Source: Patescibacteria group bacterium (lineage in GTDB: Bacteria; Patescibacteriota; Patescibacteriia; JACQRZ01). Taken from it: 37,258 nt of DNA. The position numbers and the translations under genes are program-made. The stretch is from the NCBI GenBank assembly GCA_038065125.1, contig JBBTRP010000060.1:10848-48105 (forward strand). Reading direction: 5' to 3'. Under the pieces are notes generated by a model, which was given only the letters and a program-made list of their open reading frames with translations, had not been told where the DNA came from and did no database searches. This document shows, in pieces, positions 18,066 through 26,069 of this stretch. Numbering within the stretch: position 1 is the first letter of the stretch; every line of letters starts with the position of its first letter.

Positions 18066-20288
18066 ATGCCATCCATCAAACGAGAACGGCGAGCCACGAG
18101 GCGAAGCGAATCAAAGACAACCGGACCGCGAGCGCGATCAGCACAATCGCTCTCCCTACCCCGCAGAGAACTCGGGGTCGTTTTTCTTTTTACCTGCGCG
18201 ATCCTCTCCCTACTCGCGCTCTTGGGGCTCGCGGGGAGTGCCGGCGTGTGGATTGCGGCAATCCTTGCGATCCTCTTTGGGCAGCTCAAAATAATTTTCC
18301 CCTTCGTCCTTGCTGCATTCGCTACGCTTTTGTTGAAAAAGCGCGATATCTCATTCCACTGGCTCCAGGCAATCGGATGTTTTTTTCTCCTCTTCTCGGT
18401 GGCTGCATTTTTTCATCTCCAGTATCCGCCGGGCGAGTCGTTCCGGCAGAGCATCGCGGGGCAGGGCGGGGGACTCCTCGGATTTTTCTTGTCCGACGCA
18501 CTGCAGAACGTGGTTGGATTTTGGGGTGCGCTGTTCGTGCTCATCGCAGTTGCTGTTAGCGCATTTCTCTTGGTAGTGAATACATCGGCCGCAGCATTTT
18601 TTCAATGGATAAAAACCCCGTTCTCGGCCGTACTCCAGGGGCTTTCACGCGTGAGACTTCCGGAACGAGCGCGGCAGGAAGCCGCACCTGACACGCAGAC
18701 GCTTCTGGACGAGGAGGCAGACACCGCGTCACGCAGCGTCTCTGGGCATCGAGAGCCCAGCTTCTCGCGCAAGGAGCGCAATGACGAGGAGCGGGGCTCT
18801 GAGGAGAAGATTGCAGACACGATCGAAGTCCTCCAGCCCAAAAAGCAACAGAAAAGAGTTCAAGTGCCTCTCTCGCTTCTGAATAGCTCACGTCAGCAGC
18901 CGACGAGCGGAGACATTCGGACGAATAGCCTCATCATCCACAAGACTTTGGAGAACTTTGGTATTCCGGTCGAGATGGGGGAGGTCAATGTTGGCCCGAC
19001 TGTGACGCAGTTCACCCTCAAGCCCGCTGAAGGCATTAAGCTGGCCTCCATCACGGCTCTTCACAACGATCTCGCGCTCGCTCTCGCCGCTCACCCCATT
19101 CGCATCGAAGCCCCCATTCCGGGCCGTGCGCTCGTCGGGATCGAGGTCCCCAATCAGAAAACCGCCCTGGTTTCCTTGCGAGAAATTTTGGAGTCCGAGG
19201 AGTTTCGCAACCGCAAGAATAACCTTACCGTCTCGCTGGGCAAGGACGTGTCCGGCAAGGCGCGCATCGCGTCTCTTGCCGCCATGCCGCATCTCTTGAT
19301 CGCGGGGTCAACGGGGTCAGGAAAGACCGTCTGCATCAATACCCTCATCATGAGCCTCTTGTTTGAGAATGGCCCCGAGGATCTCCGGTTTATCATGGTC
19401 GACCCCAAGCGTGTCGAACTGCCCTGCTACAACGACATCCCGCATCTCCTCACCCCGGTGATCACCGACGTGAAAAAAGCTCTCAACGCGTTGCGGTGGA
19501 CCATTCACGAGATGGAGCGGCGGTTTGATGTTCTCTCGCGGGCTACGAAGCGTGACATCGCGTCATACAACAAAGCGCACGCCGAAACGCGCCTTCCCTA
19601 TATCGTCATCATCATCGACGAACTTGCCGACATTATGGTGACGGCGGGCGTCGAGGCGGAGAGTCTTATTATTCGCCTGGCGCAGATGGCGCGCGCGGTC
19701 GGCATTCATTTAGTGCTTGCAACCCAGCGCCCTTCGGTTGATGTGATCACGGGCCTGATCAAGGCAAACATCACCTCGCGCATCGCGTTTGCGGTCGCGT
19801 CGCAAATGGACTCGCGAACGATCCTGGATACTTCGGGTGCAGAAAAACTCATCGGTCGCGGAGATATGTTGACCATTTCCGCCGATCTTTCAAAACCACT
19901 GCGTATTCAGGGAGCGTATGTGTCTGACGAGGAGATCGACCGGGTAACGCGATTTCTTCGCGAGAGCGGCGAGCCTTCGTATCAGGACGGCGTCACGGTA
20001 AAACAGGCTGTGCCAACGATTGATGGTGCGCTCTCGGGAGACGACGATGACGACGATGAGCTCCTCGAGCCCGCCAAAGAGGTGATCCTGCAGGCGGGCA
20101 AAGCGTCCGCATCGCTTCTCCAGCGCCGATTGCGCGTGGGCTACGCGCGCGCCGCGCGTCTTCTTGATCTTTTGGAAGCGCAAGGATTTATCGGCCCCGG
20201 CGACGGCGCAAAACCCCGCGAGATCCTGGGAAACGACACTATCGAGGATACTGATCCAGAACTCGAAGAACCGAGGGGGAGTTTTTAG
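18066..20288 (+). CDS. ftsK: DNA translocase FtsK/SpoIIIE
   Basis: N-terminal TM segments, RIEAPIPG, Walker A GSTGSGKT, IIIDELAD, LATQRPS, gamma domain SASLLQRRLRVGYARAARL. Confidence 0.97.
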   Translation: MPSIKRERRATRRSESKTTGPRARSAQSLSLPRRELGVVFLFTCAILSLLALLGLAGSAGVWIAAILAILFGQLKIIFPFVLAAFATLLLKKRDISFHWLQAIGCFFLLFSVAAFFHLQYPPGESFRQSIAGQGGGLLGFFLSDALQNVVGFWGALFVLIAVAVSAFLLVVNTSAAAFFQWIKTPFSAVLQGLSRVRLPERARQEAAPDTQTLLDEEADTASRSVSGHREPSFSRKERNDEERGSEEKIADTIEVLQPKKQQKRVQVPLSLLNSSRQQPTSGDIRTNSLIIHKTLENFGIPVEMGEVNVGPTVTQFTLKPAEGIKLASITALHNDLALALAAHPIRIEAPIPGRALVGIEVPNQKTALVSLREILESEEFRNRKNNLTVSLGKDVSGKARIASLAAMPHLLIAGSTGSGKTVCINTLIMSLLFENGPEDLRFIMVDPKRVELPCYNDIPHLLTPVITDVKKALNALRWTIHEMERRFDVLSRATKRDIASYNKAHAETRLPYIVIIIDELADIMVTAGVEAESLIIRLAQMARAVGIHLVLATQRPSVDVITGLIKANITSRIAFAVASQMDSRTILDTSGAEKLIGRGDMLTISADLSKPLRIQGAYVSDEEIDRVTRFLRESGEPSYQDGVTVKQAVPTIDGALSGDDDDDDELLEPAKEVILQAGKASASLLQRRLRVGYARAARLLDLLEAQGFIGPGDGAKPREILGNDTIEDTDPELEEPRGSF

Positions 20289-20364
20289 CTCCCAGCATTC
20301 CTACAAGCTACGTCCTACCCCCAAGATCCTTTTGAATATAAGGAAAGTTTTTTGAGTTATCAAC

Positions 20365-20392
20365 TTGCGTTTTAGCCCCCATTCGGTAAGAT
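20365..20392 (+). promoter_or_regulatory. Putative promoter for the rodZ-like gene and recA
   Basis: TTGCGT-16 nt-TAAGAT, ending 8 nt before ATG 20401. Confidence 0.45.
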
Positions 20393-20400
20393 TTTTTTAT

Positions 20401-21108
20401 ATGAGCGCTGTCACTTTTGCAGAAAAAATTTTTACAACAACAAACATCGGACGACAGCTTTCTGAGCGTCGTACAAAGTTCGGTCTCACGACCGAGGATA
20501 TTGTCAGCGCCCTCAATATCAGCAAACGTAACCTCTCTGCACTGGAAGAGAATCGGTTTGATGACATCCCGGAAGGCATCTACCGGGATTTATTCGTCAA
20601 GACCTATGCAACGTATCTAGGATTTTCTTGGGACGAGATGGCGCCTGCGTACGCAACGCAAGTCTCGCTCTACACTGCGCACACATCGCTTCGTCAGGAG
20701 TCAGCTCCGCCCACCGCGGTTGGCGACCGAAACCTCTGGGTTGCCCACCGGATTCTTAAGAACATGAGTATCGTCGGCGGAATCGGCGCGTGTGCGCTCT
20801 ATCTTCTCTTCCTCGCATCCGGCATCATGCGCCCGCCCGCCCTTACAATCGCCTCTCCTACCGACCATGAGTCGAGTCGCTCCGGCCGAGTGCAGGTTTT
20901 GGGGTCTACCGCGACGGACGCCAACGTCACTATTAACGGCAAGGCCGTTCCTCGCGGAGCCGATGGGACATTCTCCCAGGATTTGATCCTGACCGAAGGT
21001 GCAAATACCATACGTATTGTTGCGGCGCGCAAGTACAGCAACCCCCACACTATTACCCGTACCGTCTTTTTTACCCATGAAACGCTCGGCATGAGCGCAC
21101 CCCGCTAA
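20401..21108 (+). CDS. RodZ-like protein: HTH_25-type domain, TM helix, C-terminal Ig-like domain
   Basis: IGRQLSERR...[13 protein letters not shown]...[10 protein letters not shown]; [18 protein letters not shown]; PPALTIASP...VTINGKAV...GTFS...[12 protein letters not shown]. Confidence 0.8.
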   Translation: MSAVTFAEKIFTTTNIGRQLSERRTKFGLTTEDIVSALNISKRNLSALEENRFDDIPEGIYRDLFVKTYATYLGFSWDEMAPAYATQVSLYTAHTSLRQESAPPTAVGDRNLWVAHRILKNMSIVGGIGACALYLLFLASGIMRPPALTIASPTDHESSRSGRVQVLGSTATDANVTINGKAVPRGADGTFSQDLILTEGANTIRIVAARKYSNPHTITRTVFFTHETLGMSAPR

Positions 21109-21112
21109 ACCT

Positions 21113-22204
21113 ATGTCAGCACCACAATCAACGCTTGACCGCGAGCGGCTCCGCGCCGTGGCAGAAGCGGTCGAACATATTCGCGACCGGTTCGGCGACG
21201 GGTCAATCATGAAGTTGGGAGAATCAAAAACCATGAACATCTCGGTCGTTCCGACCGGATCGATCAGCCTTGATATCGCCCTGGGGCCCGGCGGCATGCC
21301 CCGCGGTCGCGTAATCGAGGTGTATGGGCCGGAGTCTTCGGGAAAGACGACACTTGCCCAGCACGTGATCGCGGAGGTCCAGAAGCTCGGCGGTCTTGCC
21401 GCGTTCATCGACGCAGAACACGCACTCGATCCGGAATACGCCAAGAAAATCGGCATCAACATTAACGATATGCTGATCTCGCAACCGGACAATGGCGAGC
21501 AGGCGCTGGAGATCGTGGAAACGTTGGTGCGCTCAAACGCCGTTGATGTTATTGTCATTGACTCAGTTGCGGCGCTCACCCCCAAGGCAGAAATTGAAGG
21601 GGACATGGGCGACTCGCACATGGGACTGCAGGCGCGACTCATGAGCCAGGCGCTCCGAAAACTCACCGCGATCATTTCGAAAACAAAAACGATCGTCATC
21701 TTCATCAATCAGACGCGACAGAAGATCGGCGTGTATTTCGGCAATCCCGAAACCACGACCGGCGGGACGGCGCTGAAGTTTTACGCATCGGTCCGTATCG
21801 AGATCCGAAAGACCGCGCAAATCAAACAGGGCGATCGCATCATCGGCAACCGCGTGAAAGTAAAAATCGTAAAGAATAAAATCGCGCCGCCCTTCAAGCA
21901 GACCGAGTTTGATATTATGTACAATGAGGGCATCTCCCTTCCCGGCGACACACTCGACACGGGGGTGCTGTACGGCGTGCTCACCAAAAGCGGAAATTCG
22001 TACTCCTACAAAGACACGAAGCTCGGTGTGGGCAGGGAGAACGCGAAAAGCTTCCTCGGCTCAAATCGCGATCTCCTCAAAAACATCCGCGAAGACGTCT
22101 GGGCCGTGCTTGCCGAACAGGAGAGAACAGACGCAGACACGACCTCAGAATCGCGCGAAGGAAACACAGAAGCGGCCACAGTAGAGGTTTATGAGTTAAG
22201 GTGA
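21113..22204 (+). CDS. recA: Recombinase RecA
   Basis: [47 protein letters not shown]. Confidence 0.99.
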   Translation: MSAPQSTLDRERLRAVAEAVEHIRDRFGDGSIMKLGESKTMNISVVPTGSISLDIALGPGGMPRGRVIEVYGPESSGKTTLAQHVIAEVQKLGGLAAFIDAEHALDPEYAKKIGININDMLISQPDNGEQALEIVETLVRSNAVDVIVIDSVAALTPKAEIEGDMGDSHMGLQARLMSQALRKLTAIISKTKTIVIFINQTRQKIGVYFGNPETTTGGTALKFYASVRIEIRKTAQIKQGDRIIGNRVKVKIVKNKIAPPFKQTEFDIMYNEGISLPGDTLDTGVLYGVLTKSGNSYSYKDTKLGVGRENAKSFLGSNRDLLKNIREDVWAVLAEQERTDADTTSESREGNTEAATVEVYELR

Positions 22205-22212
22205 TTCCAAAA

Positions 22213-22245
22213 AAAAGAGACACTCCGTTCAGGAAGGTCTCTTTT
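22213..22245. terminator. Bidirectional intrinsic terminator between recA and efp
   Basis: AAAAGAGAC...GTCTCTTTT with inner TCC-GTTCA-GGA; A run before and T run after. Confidence 0.7.
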
Positions 22246-22258
22246 GTATGTTTATCCA

Positions 22259-22300
22259 AAGCTCGTGAAGCTCGAGAAGCTGCCCGAAGCTCATGAAGCT
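22259..22300. repeat. Five AAGCT-anchored 9-10 bp tandem repeats
   Basis: AAGCT at 22259, 22268, 22277, 22287, 22296. Confidence 0.7.
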
Positions 22301-22304
22301 ATTT

Positions 22305-22874
22305 TTACGACACTCGCTCGACGTACTCTACTGTATCGGTGTTGATTCGAACCGTGTCTCCTTCTTTTACGAACAGGGGAGCGTTGATGGTAAGGCCCGT
22401 CTCAAGCGTCACAGGTTGTGTGACGTTGCCGGCAGTATCGCCCTTGATTCCGGGAGGGGCGGTGATAACCTTGAGGTCGATTTTTGGAGGAAGACTGACC
22501 GTGATGGGGCGGCCGTCAAAATAGAGAATATCGACTGGCGTTCCCTCTTTGAGGAGTTGTGCTCGCTCTCCTAACACATCCGCGTCGATCGAGATCTGCT
22601 CAAAGCTTTTTTGGTCCATAAAGTGCACGCCCGATCCGTCCGTATACATATAGTCCGCCTTGCTCTTTTCCAGGTCCGCCTCTTCAACGCGCTCGCCGGC
22701 CTTAAAGCTGTACTCAAGCACTTTGCCGTTGATGAGGTTCTTCATCTTTGTTTGCATGACGGGTTTTCGCTGTTGCATGCGCACGAAGTTGGCCGTCTGC
22801 ACCGTATAGGGTTCTCCGTTCATGAGAATATTGATGCCGACGCGGATCGAGTTGAGGGAGGGAAGGACAGGCAT
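22305..22874 (-). CDS. efp: Translation elongation factor P (atypical tip loop)
   Basis: 189 aa; KNLINGK, FMDQKSFEQI, PGIKGDTA, LETG, PLFVKEGD, YVER. Confidence 0.95.
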   Translation of the reverse strand: MPVLPSLNSIRVGINILMNGEPYTVQTANFVRMQQRKPVMQTKMKNLINGKVLEYSFKAGERVEEADLEKSKADYMYTDGSGVHFMDQKSFEQISIDADVLGERAQLLKEGTPVDILYFDGRPITVSLPPKIDLKVITAPPGIKGDTAGNVTQPVTLETGLTINAPLFVKEGDTVRINTDTVEYVERVS

Positions 22875-22882
22875 AGGGTGGG

Positions 22883-22922
22883 TTATGAGGTTGGCAGATT
22901 ATAAGGTTTACAGGTTAAGAGG
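22883..22922 (-). repeat. Five degenerate octamer repeats just upstream of the efp start
   Basis: mRNA sense CCTCTTAA CCTGTAAA CCTTATAA TCTGCCAA CCTCATAA. Confidence 0.55.
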
Positions 22923-22958
22923 ATTTCTTCAAACCTTCTAGCCTTTGAACAGCCTAAC

Positions 22959-23195
22959 CTACTGAATTACGAATGGGAGGAGCGCCATCACCCGGGCGCG
23001 CTTGATGGCAAGATCAACTTTGCGTTGGTGGGAGGCACAGGTGCCGCTTCTCCTCCGGGGCGCGATCTTTCCGTAGGATGAGGTGAACCGTCGTAGAAGT
23101 GTTGCGTCTTTATAGTCAATTTCAAGTGTAGGATTAACACAGAAGAAGCACTCCCTTTTTCGTTGTGGCCCGGCGTGTCGTTTTCTTTGGATCAT
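22959..23195 (-). CDS. rpsR: 30S ribosomal protein bS18 (Zn-binding form)
   Basis: CFFC, IDYKD, GKIAPRRRSGTCASHQR, AIKRAR, ALLPF. Confidence 0.97.
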   Translation of the reverse strand: MIQRKRHAGPQRKRECFFCVNPTLEIDYKDATLLRRFTSSYGKIAPRRRSGTCASHQRKVDLAIKRARVMALLPFVIQ

Positions 23196-23210
23196 ATGAG
23201 GTTGAGGTGA

Positions 23211-23645
23211 TTAGAAGGGGATCGTTTCTATCGTCTGCTCGTCTGCGGGAGACTGTTGGGCGTTGTACGGTGAGCTGGGAGTGGCATCATCCTGTTCGGC
23301 GGGTCGGGGGCCTCCTGTCGGCGCGTCTAAGATAATCATGTTGTCGGCGATTACTTCCGTCGAGTAGCGCTTGACGCCGTCCTGTCCGGTCCAGTCGCGG
23401 GTCTGAAGTCGCCCCTCGATATAGGCGCGGCGCCCCTTGGTCAGGTATTGCCCGCAGATTTCGGCAAGCTTTCCCCAGGCGACAATATTATGGAATTCCG
23501 CCTTGTCCTGCCGCTGGCCGCTTGCGTCTTTGTACGAACGATTGGTGGCGACCGAAAAGCTGGTGACCGACTGCCCTGTCGGGGTTGAGCGCACTTCCGG
23601 ATTTTTCGTGAGTCGCCCGATCAACATGACTTTGTTGAGATCCAT
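23211..23645 (-). CDS. ssb: Single-stranded DNA-binding protein
   Basis: LNKVMLIGRLT, FSVATN, YIEGRLQTR, C-terminal IPF. Confidence 0.98.
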   Translation of the reverse strand: MDLNKVMLIGRLTKNPEVRSTPTGQSVTSFSVATNRSYKDASGQRQDKAEFHNIVAWGKLAEICGQYLTKGRRAYIEGRLQTRDWTGQDGVKRYSTEVIADNMIILDAPTGGPRPAEQDDATPSSPYNAQQSPADEQTIETIPF

Positions 23646-23666
23646 AGGGAGAGCTTTTAGTCTTAG

Positions 23667-24353
23667 TTAAAGGATGTCGTTTTTTAGGATTTCGTCGAGC
23701 TTTTTATCGAGTTCCTCGTAACTGACTTTTTGCTGTTTTTTCTTCGCGCTTGCCGTGGACTCTTCTTCTATCGGTTCATCGGCAGGAGTGGTTTTTGTTT
23801 CTTTTTTCTCTTCTTTTTCTTGGATTGGGACCGCGATCGGGCTTGGAGCAGCGCTCATCTGCGGTTGAGGGGTCTGTTCGAGCGGGGCGGGCTCTGCGGG
23901 TGCTGGAGTGCTCTGCTGGACAACCGGTGCGGGTGCAGGAGCTTTGGACTCCTCGCCCAAAGATTCAACAATATCGGCAACCGATCCGAACACGCTCTTT
24001 CCGGCCGTTTTTCCGAACGCTTCTTGTTCGAGCGTTGGCTTTCGATCAAAGACCTTCGGAACGCCGACAGACTTCTTTCTGAGAATGCAGTGGCGCAAAA
24101 TATCCGCGGAAAGCGCCAAGAGTCGGTCGATTTTTTTGAGGTCCGGTCCAGTGCAGTCAAATTCAACCAAAATATAGTACCCGTACTGTTGAGCTTTTAT
24201 CGGATACGCTAAGTGCTTTCGATCCAGATTCTGACGAAAGTGAATAATAGCACTTCCTTTTTTGAGGACGTCCTCCATTCGGAGAATGACCCCATCGATT
24301 TCGTTTTCCGCAAAGCGGCCGGACAGAATCGCGAGGAGTTCGTAGTGGTTCAT
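23667..24353 (-). CDS. rpsF: 30S ribosomal protein bS6 with long C-terminal extension
   Basis: MNHYELLAIL, LAYPIK, GYYILVEF, ILRH; position in the rpsF-ssb-rpsR operon; about 130 extra residues. Confidence 0.93.
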   Translation of the reverse strand: MNHYELLAILSGRFAENEIDGVILRMEDVLKKGSAIIHFRQNLDRKHLAYPIKAQQYGYYILVEFDCTGPDLKKIDRLLALSADILRHCILRKKSVGVPKVFDRKPTLEQEAFGKTAGKSVFGSVADIVESLGEESKAPAPAPVVQQSTPAPAEPAPLEQTPQPQMSAAPSPIAVPIQEKEEKKETKTTPADEPIEEESTASAKKKQQKVSYEELDKKLDEILKNDIL

Positions 24354-24356
24354 GTG

Positions 24357-24384
24357 AGTACAGGGTTTAGGGACTAGGGTTTAG
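24357..24384 (-). repeat. Heptamer repeats directly upstream of the rpsF start
   Basis: mRNA sense CTAAACC CTAGTCC CTAAACC CTGTACT cacATG. Confidence 0.6.
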
Positions 24385-24408
24385 TCGGCTCAAGGTTAAA
24401 TAAAAAAT

Positions 24409-24510
24409 CCACACCTTCTTTGAGTTGGTGGCTCAAAGAGCGAGCAGTGGAGCATTCCCAGTGGAAATGCCCGAGCCGGTACGGCTCATGGACAAAGCGC
24501 ACGTGTGTGG
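24409..24510 (-). ncRNA. Putative structured ribosomal-protein leader of rpsF-ssb-rpsR
   Basis: Closing stem CCACAC/GTGTGG encloses hairpins GAGCCG-TAC-CGGCTC, GCATTTCC-ACT-GGGAATGC and TCTTTGAG-CCACCAA-CTCAAAGA. Confidence 0.55.
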
Positions 24511-24524
24511 CTTCGAATGCAAAA

Positions 24525-24553
24525 ACCCTATCACGTCTCAAAAAAAGAAGCAA
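24525..24553 (-). promoter_or_regulatory. Putative promoter of the rpsF operon
   Basis: TTGCTT-17 nt-TAGGGT with extended -10 TG. Confidence 0.45.
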
Positions 24554-24565
24554 GCCCCCGGCAGG

Positions 24566-25978
24566 TTACGTGGTCTTGAACCGTGAAAGCAGCTCTTTTG
24601 GAATGCCTCCGAGAAGGATGAGAATGCCGGCATACACTACAACCGCCCCCAGGCTTCTGGGAATGACGGGTGTTCCGGAGAAAGTGAAAAGGAACACCGC
24701 CATGCCCGTACATCCCAGAAGCGTTTTTGCAAGAGATGAGAATGAGAGTCGCAAGCCCGATTTTTGTAAGAAAAGGACTCCTCCCAGGATCACAATAAGG
24801 AGTTCTGACGCGACCGTCATCCATGCGGCACCCCAGTAGGAGTAGCGGGGAATCAACAGGGCGTATCCCGAGACACCAATAACCGCGGTAAGCGCATAGC
24901 GCCATAGCATGGTCCGTTGCGCGTGGATCACGGTGATGAGGTGTCCGAAAAAACTTCCGAAAAACACGCCACCGCACGCGACGATCAAAATCTGCAAGAG
25001 GGACCCCGCCGGCGCAAACGCCTCTCCCGAGACAAGAACCATCACGTCGCGTGCAACAAAGAGTGTGCCGACCACCAACGGGAACGCGCTGAAAACCATA
25101 AAGTCAAACGATCGCTGGACGGTGCGGTCAAAGCCGTCGCGAGAGCCGTTTGACCAGTGCGCCGCAATCGGCGCCATCGCAAGCCCCATGAACATCATGG
25201 GAAAACTGGTGAGAATATCGATCACGCGATACGCCGCGCCATAGAGTCCCACGTCTTCTTGGCTCTTGAGGAGCGAAAGAAAGAGAATGTCGGTGCGAAG
25301 GTAGAGGAGGTTGAATACGATGGAGAGCGCGATCGGCCAGCTGCGCCGCCAAATGTCCCCTGCAAGCGCGCGATCCCAATAGAGTTTGAGCGGCGTGAAG
25401 TGATGTGCAGGGATTGCGAGCACGAGAAATTGCACCATGTTGTTGAGCGTGATAACCCCGATGATGCCATTGAGTCCCAGGTCATAGTGGACCACTCCCC
25501 ACACGCCCGCTATAAGAATAATGTAGCTGATCACGTCGGAGAGGAGGGGAATATCCATTCGAAGATGGACTTGGTAGATGACCCTGCCCATCTGGATCAG
25601 CGAGGAGAAGAGGAACGAGACGGCCATGAGCGCGATGCCGATCTTGATGTGTTCTGGGTAGGGGAAGAGAAGTGAGACGAGCGGTGCAACCACAGTGAGG
25701 ATCGCGATGATGACGACGCGCATCGTGAAGGCGACGGCAAACTTTTTTTCTTTCTCCCCTGGTTCGGCGAGCATCTGGATTGCGATGATGGAGAGTCCGC
25801 AGTCCGCGATGATTGCAAAGAACTGCAAGAATGCCGTGATGGTCGTGTACGCCCCAAAGCCTCCCGTATCCAGGTAGCGTGTCATCAGTCCGAACGCGAC
25901 CACGCCCAAGACGGTCGTGAAAACCTTGCCAAAGGTCTGAATGCCGGTGTTTACGAGAATTTTTTTTGAGAGAGACAC
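24566..25978 (-). CDS. MOP-superfamily oligosaccharide/polysaccharide flippase (Wzx-like)
   Basis: 470 aa with many hydrophobic segments; TRYL...FGAY, ADCGL, LYLRTDILFL, VGLYGAAYR, LLIPRYSYWGAAW. Confidence 0.88.
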   Translation of the reverse strand: MSLSKKILVNTGIQTFGKVFTTVLGVVAFGLMTRYLDTGGFGAYTTITAFLQFFAIIADCGLSIIAIQMLAEPGEKEKKFAVAFTMRVVIIAILTVVAPLVSLLFPYPEHIKIGIALMAVSFLFSSLIQMGRVIYQVHLRMDIPLLSDVISYIILIAGVWGVVHYDLGLNGIIGVITLNNMVQFLVLAIPAHHFTPLKLYWDRALAGDIWRRSWPIALSIVFNLLYLRTDILFLSLLKSQEDVGLYGAAYRVIDILTSFPMMFMGLAMAPIAAHWSNGSRDGFDRTVQRSFDFMVFSAFPLVVGTLFVARDVMVLVSGEAFAPAGSLLQILIVACGGVFFGSFFGHLITVIHAQRTMLWRYALTAVIGVSGYALLIPRYSYWGAAWMTVASELLIVILGGVLFLQKSGLRLSFSSLAKTLLGCTGMAVFLFTFSGTPVIPRSLGAVVVYAGILILLGGIPKELLSRFKTT

Positions 25979-25981
25979 GGG

Positions 25982-26016
25982 GGAGTAGCTTTTAGGTTAG
26001 AGGTGATAGGTTAGAG
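25982..26016 (-). repeat. Heptamer repeats directly upstream of the flippase start
   Basis: mRNA sense CTCTAAC CTATCAC CTCTAAC CTAAAAG CTACTCC cccGTG. Confidence 0.65.
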
Positions 26017-26026
26017 GGTTGCTGCG

Positions 26027-26056
26027 TTGACTGAGGAGTTTAATATATGATATATT
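26027..26056 (+). promoter_or_regulatory. Putative promoter of the SpoIID-domain gene
   Basis: TTGACT-18 nt-TATATT with extended -10 TG. Confidence 0.5.
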
Positions 26057-26069
26057 TTGTCGAGAAATC

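Noticed and set aside
20701-21708. 335-aa antisense ORF over rodZ-like/recA, and similar long antisense ORFs over rpoC, pilT and the flippase
   Set aside because: Typical antisense shadows of conserved genes; no independent motifs.
22259-22300. Possible mini-CRISPR
   Set aside because: Repeat and spacer lengths are far too short, and no cas genes are present.
24362-24384. Telomere-like TTTAGGG / G-quadruplex
   Set aside because: Only three G3 runs; better explained by the heptamer repeat family on the other strand.
24420-24977. 139-aa and 148-aa ORFs over the rpsF leader and flippase end
   Set aside because: They overlap a confident CDS and a structured leader; no protein signal.
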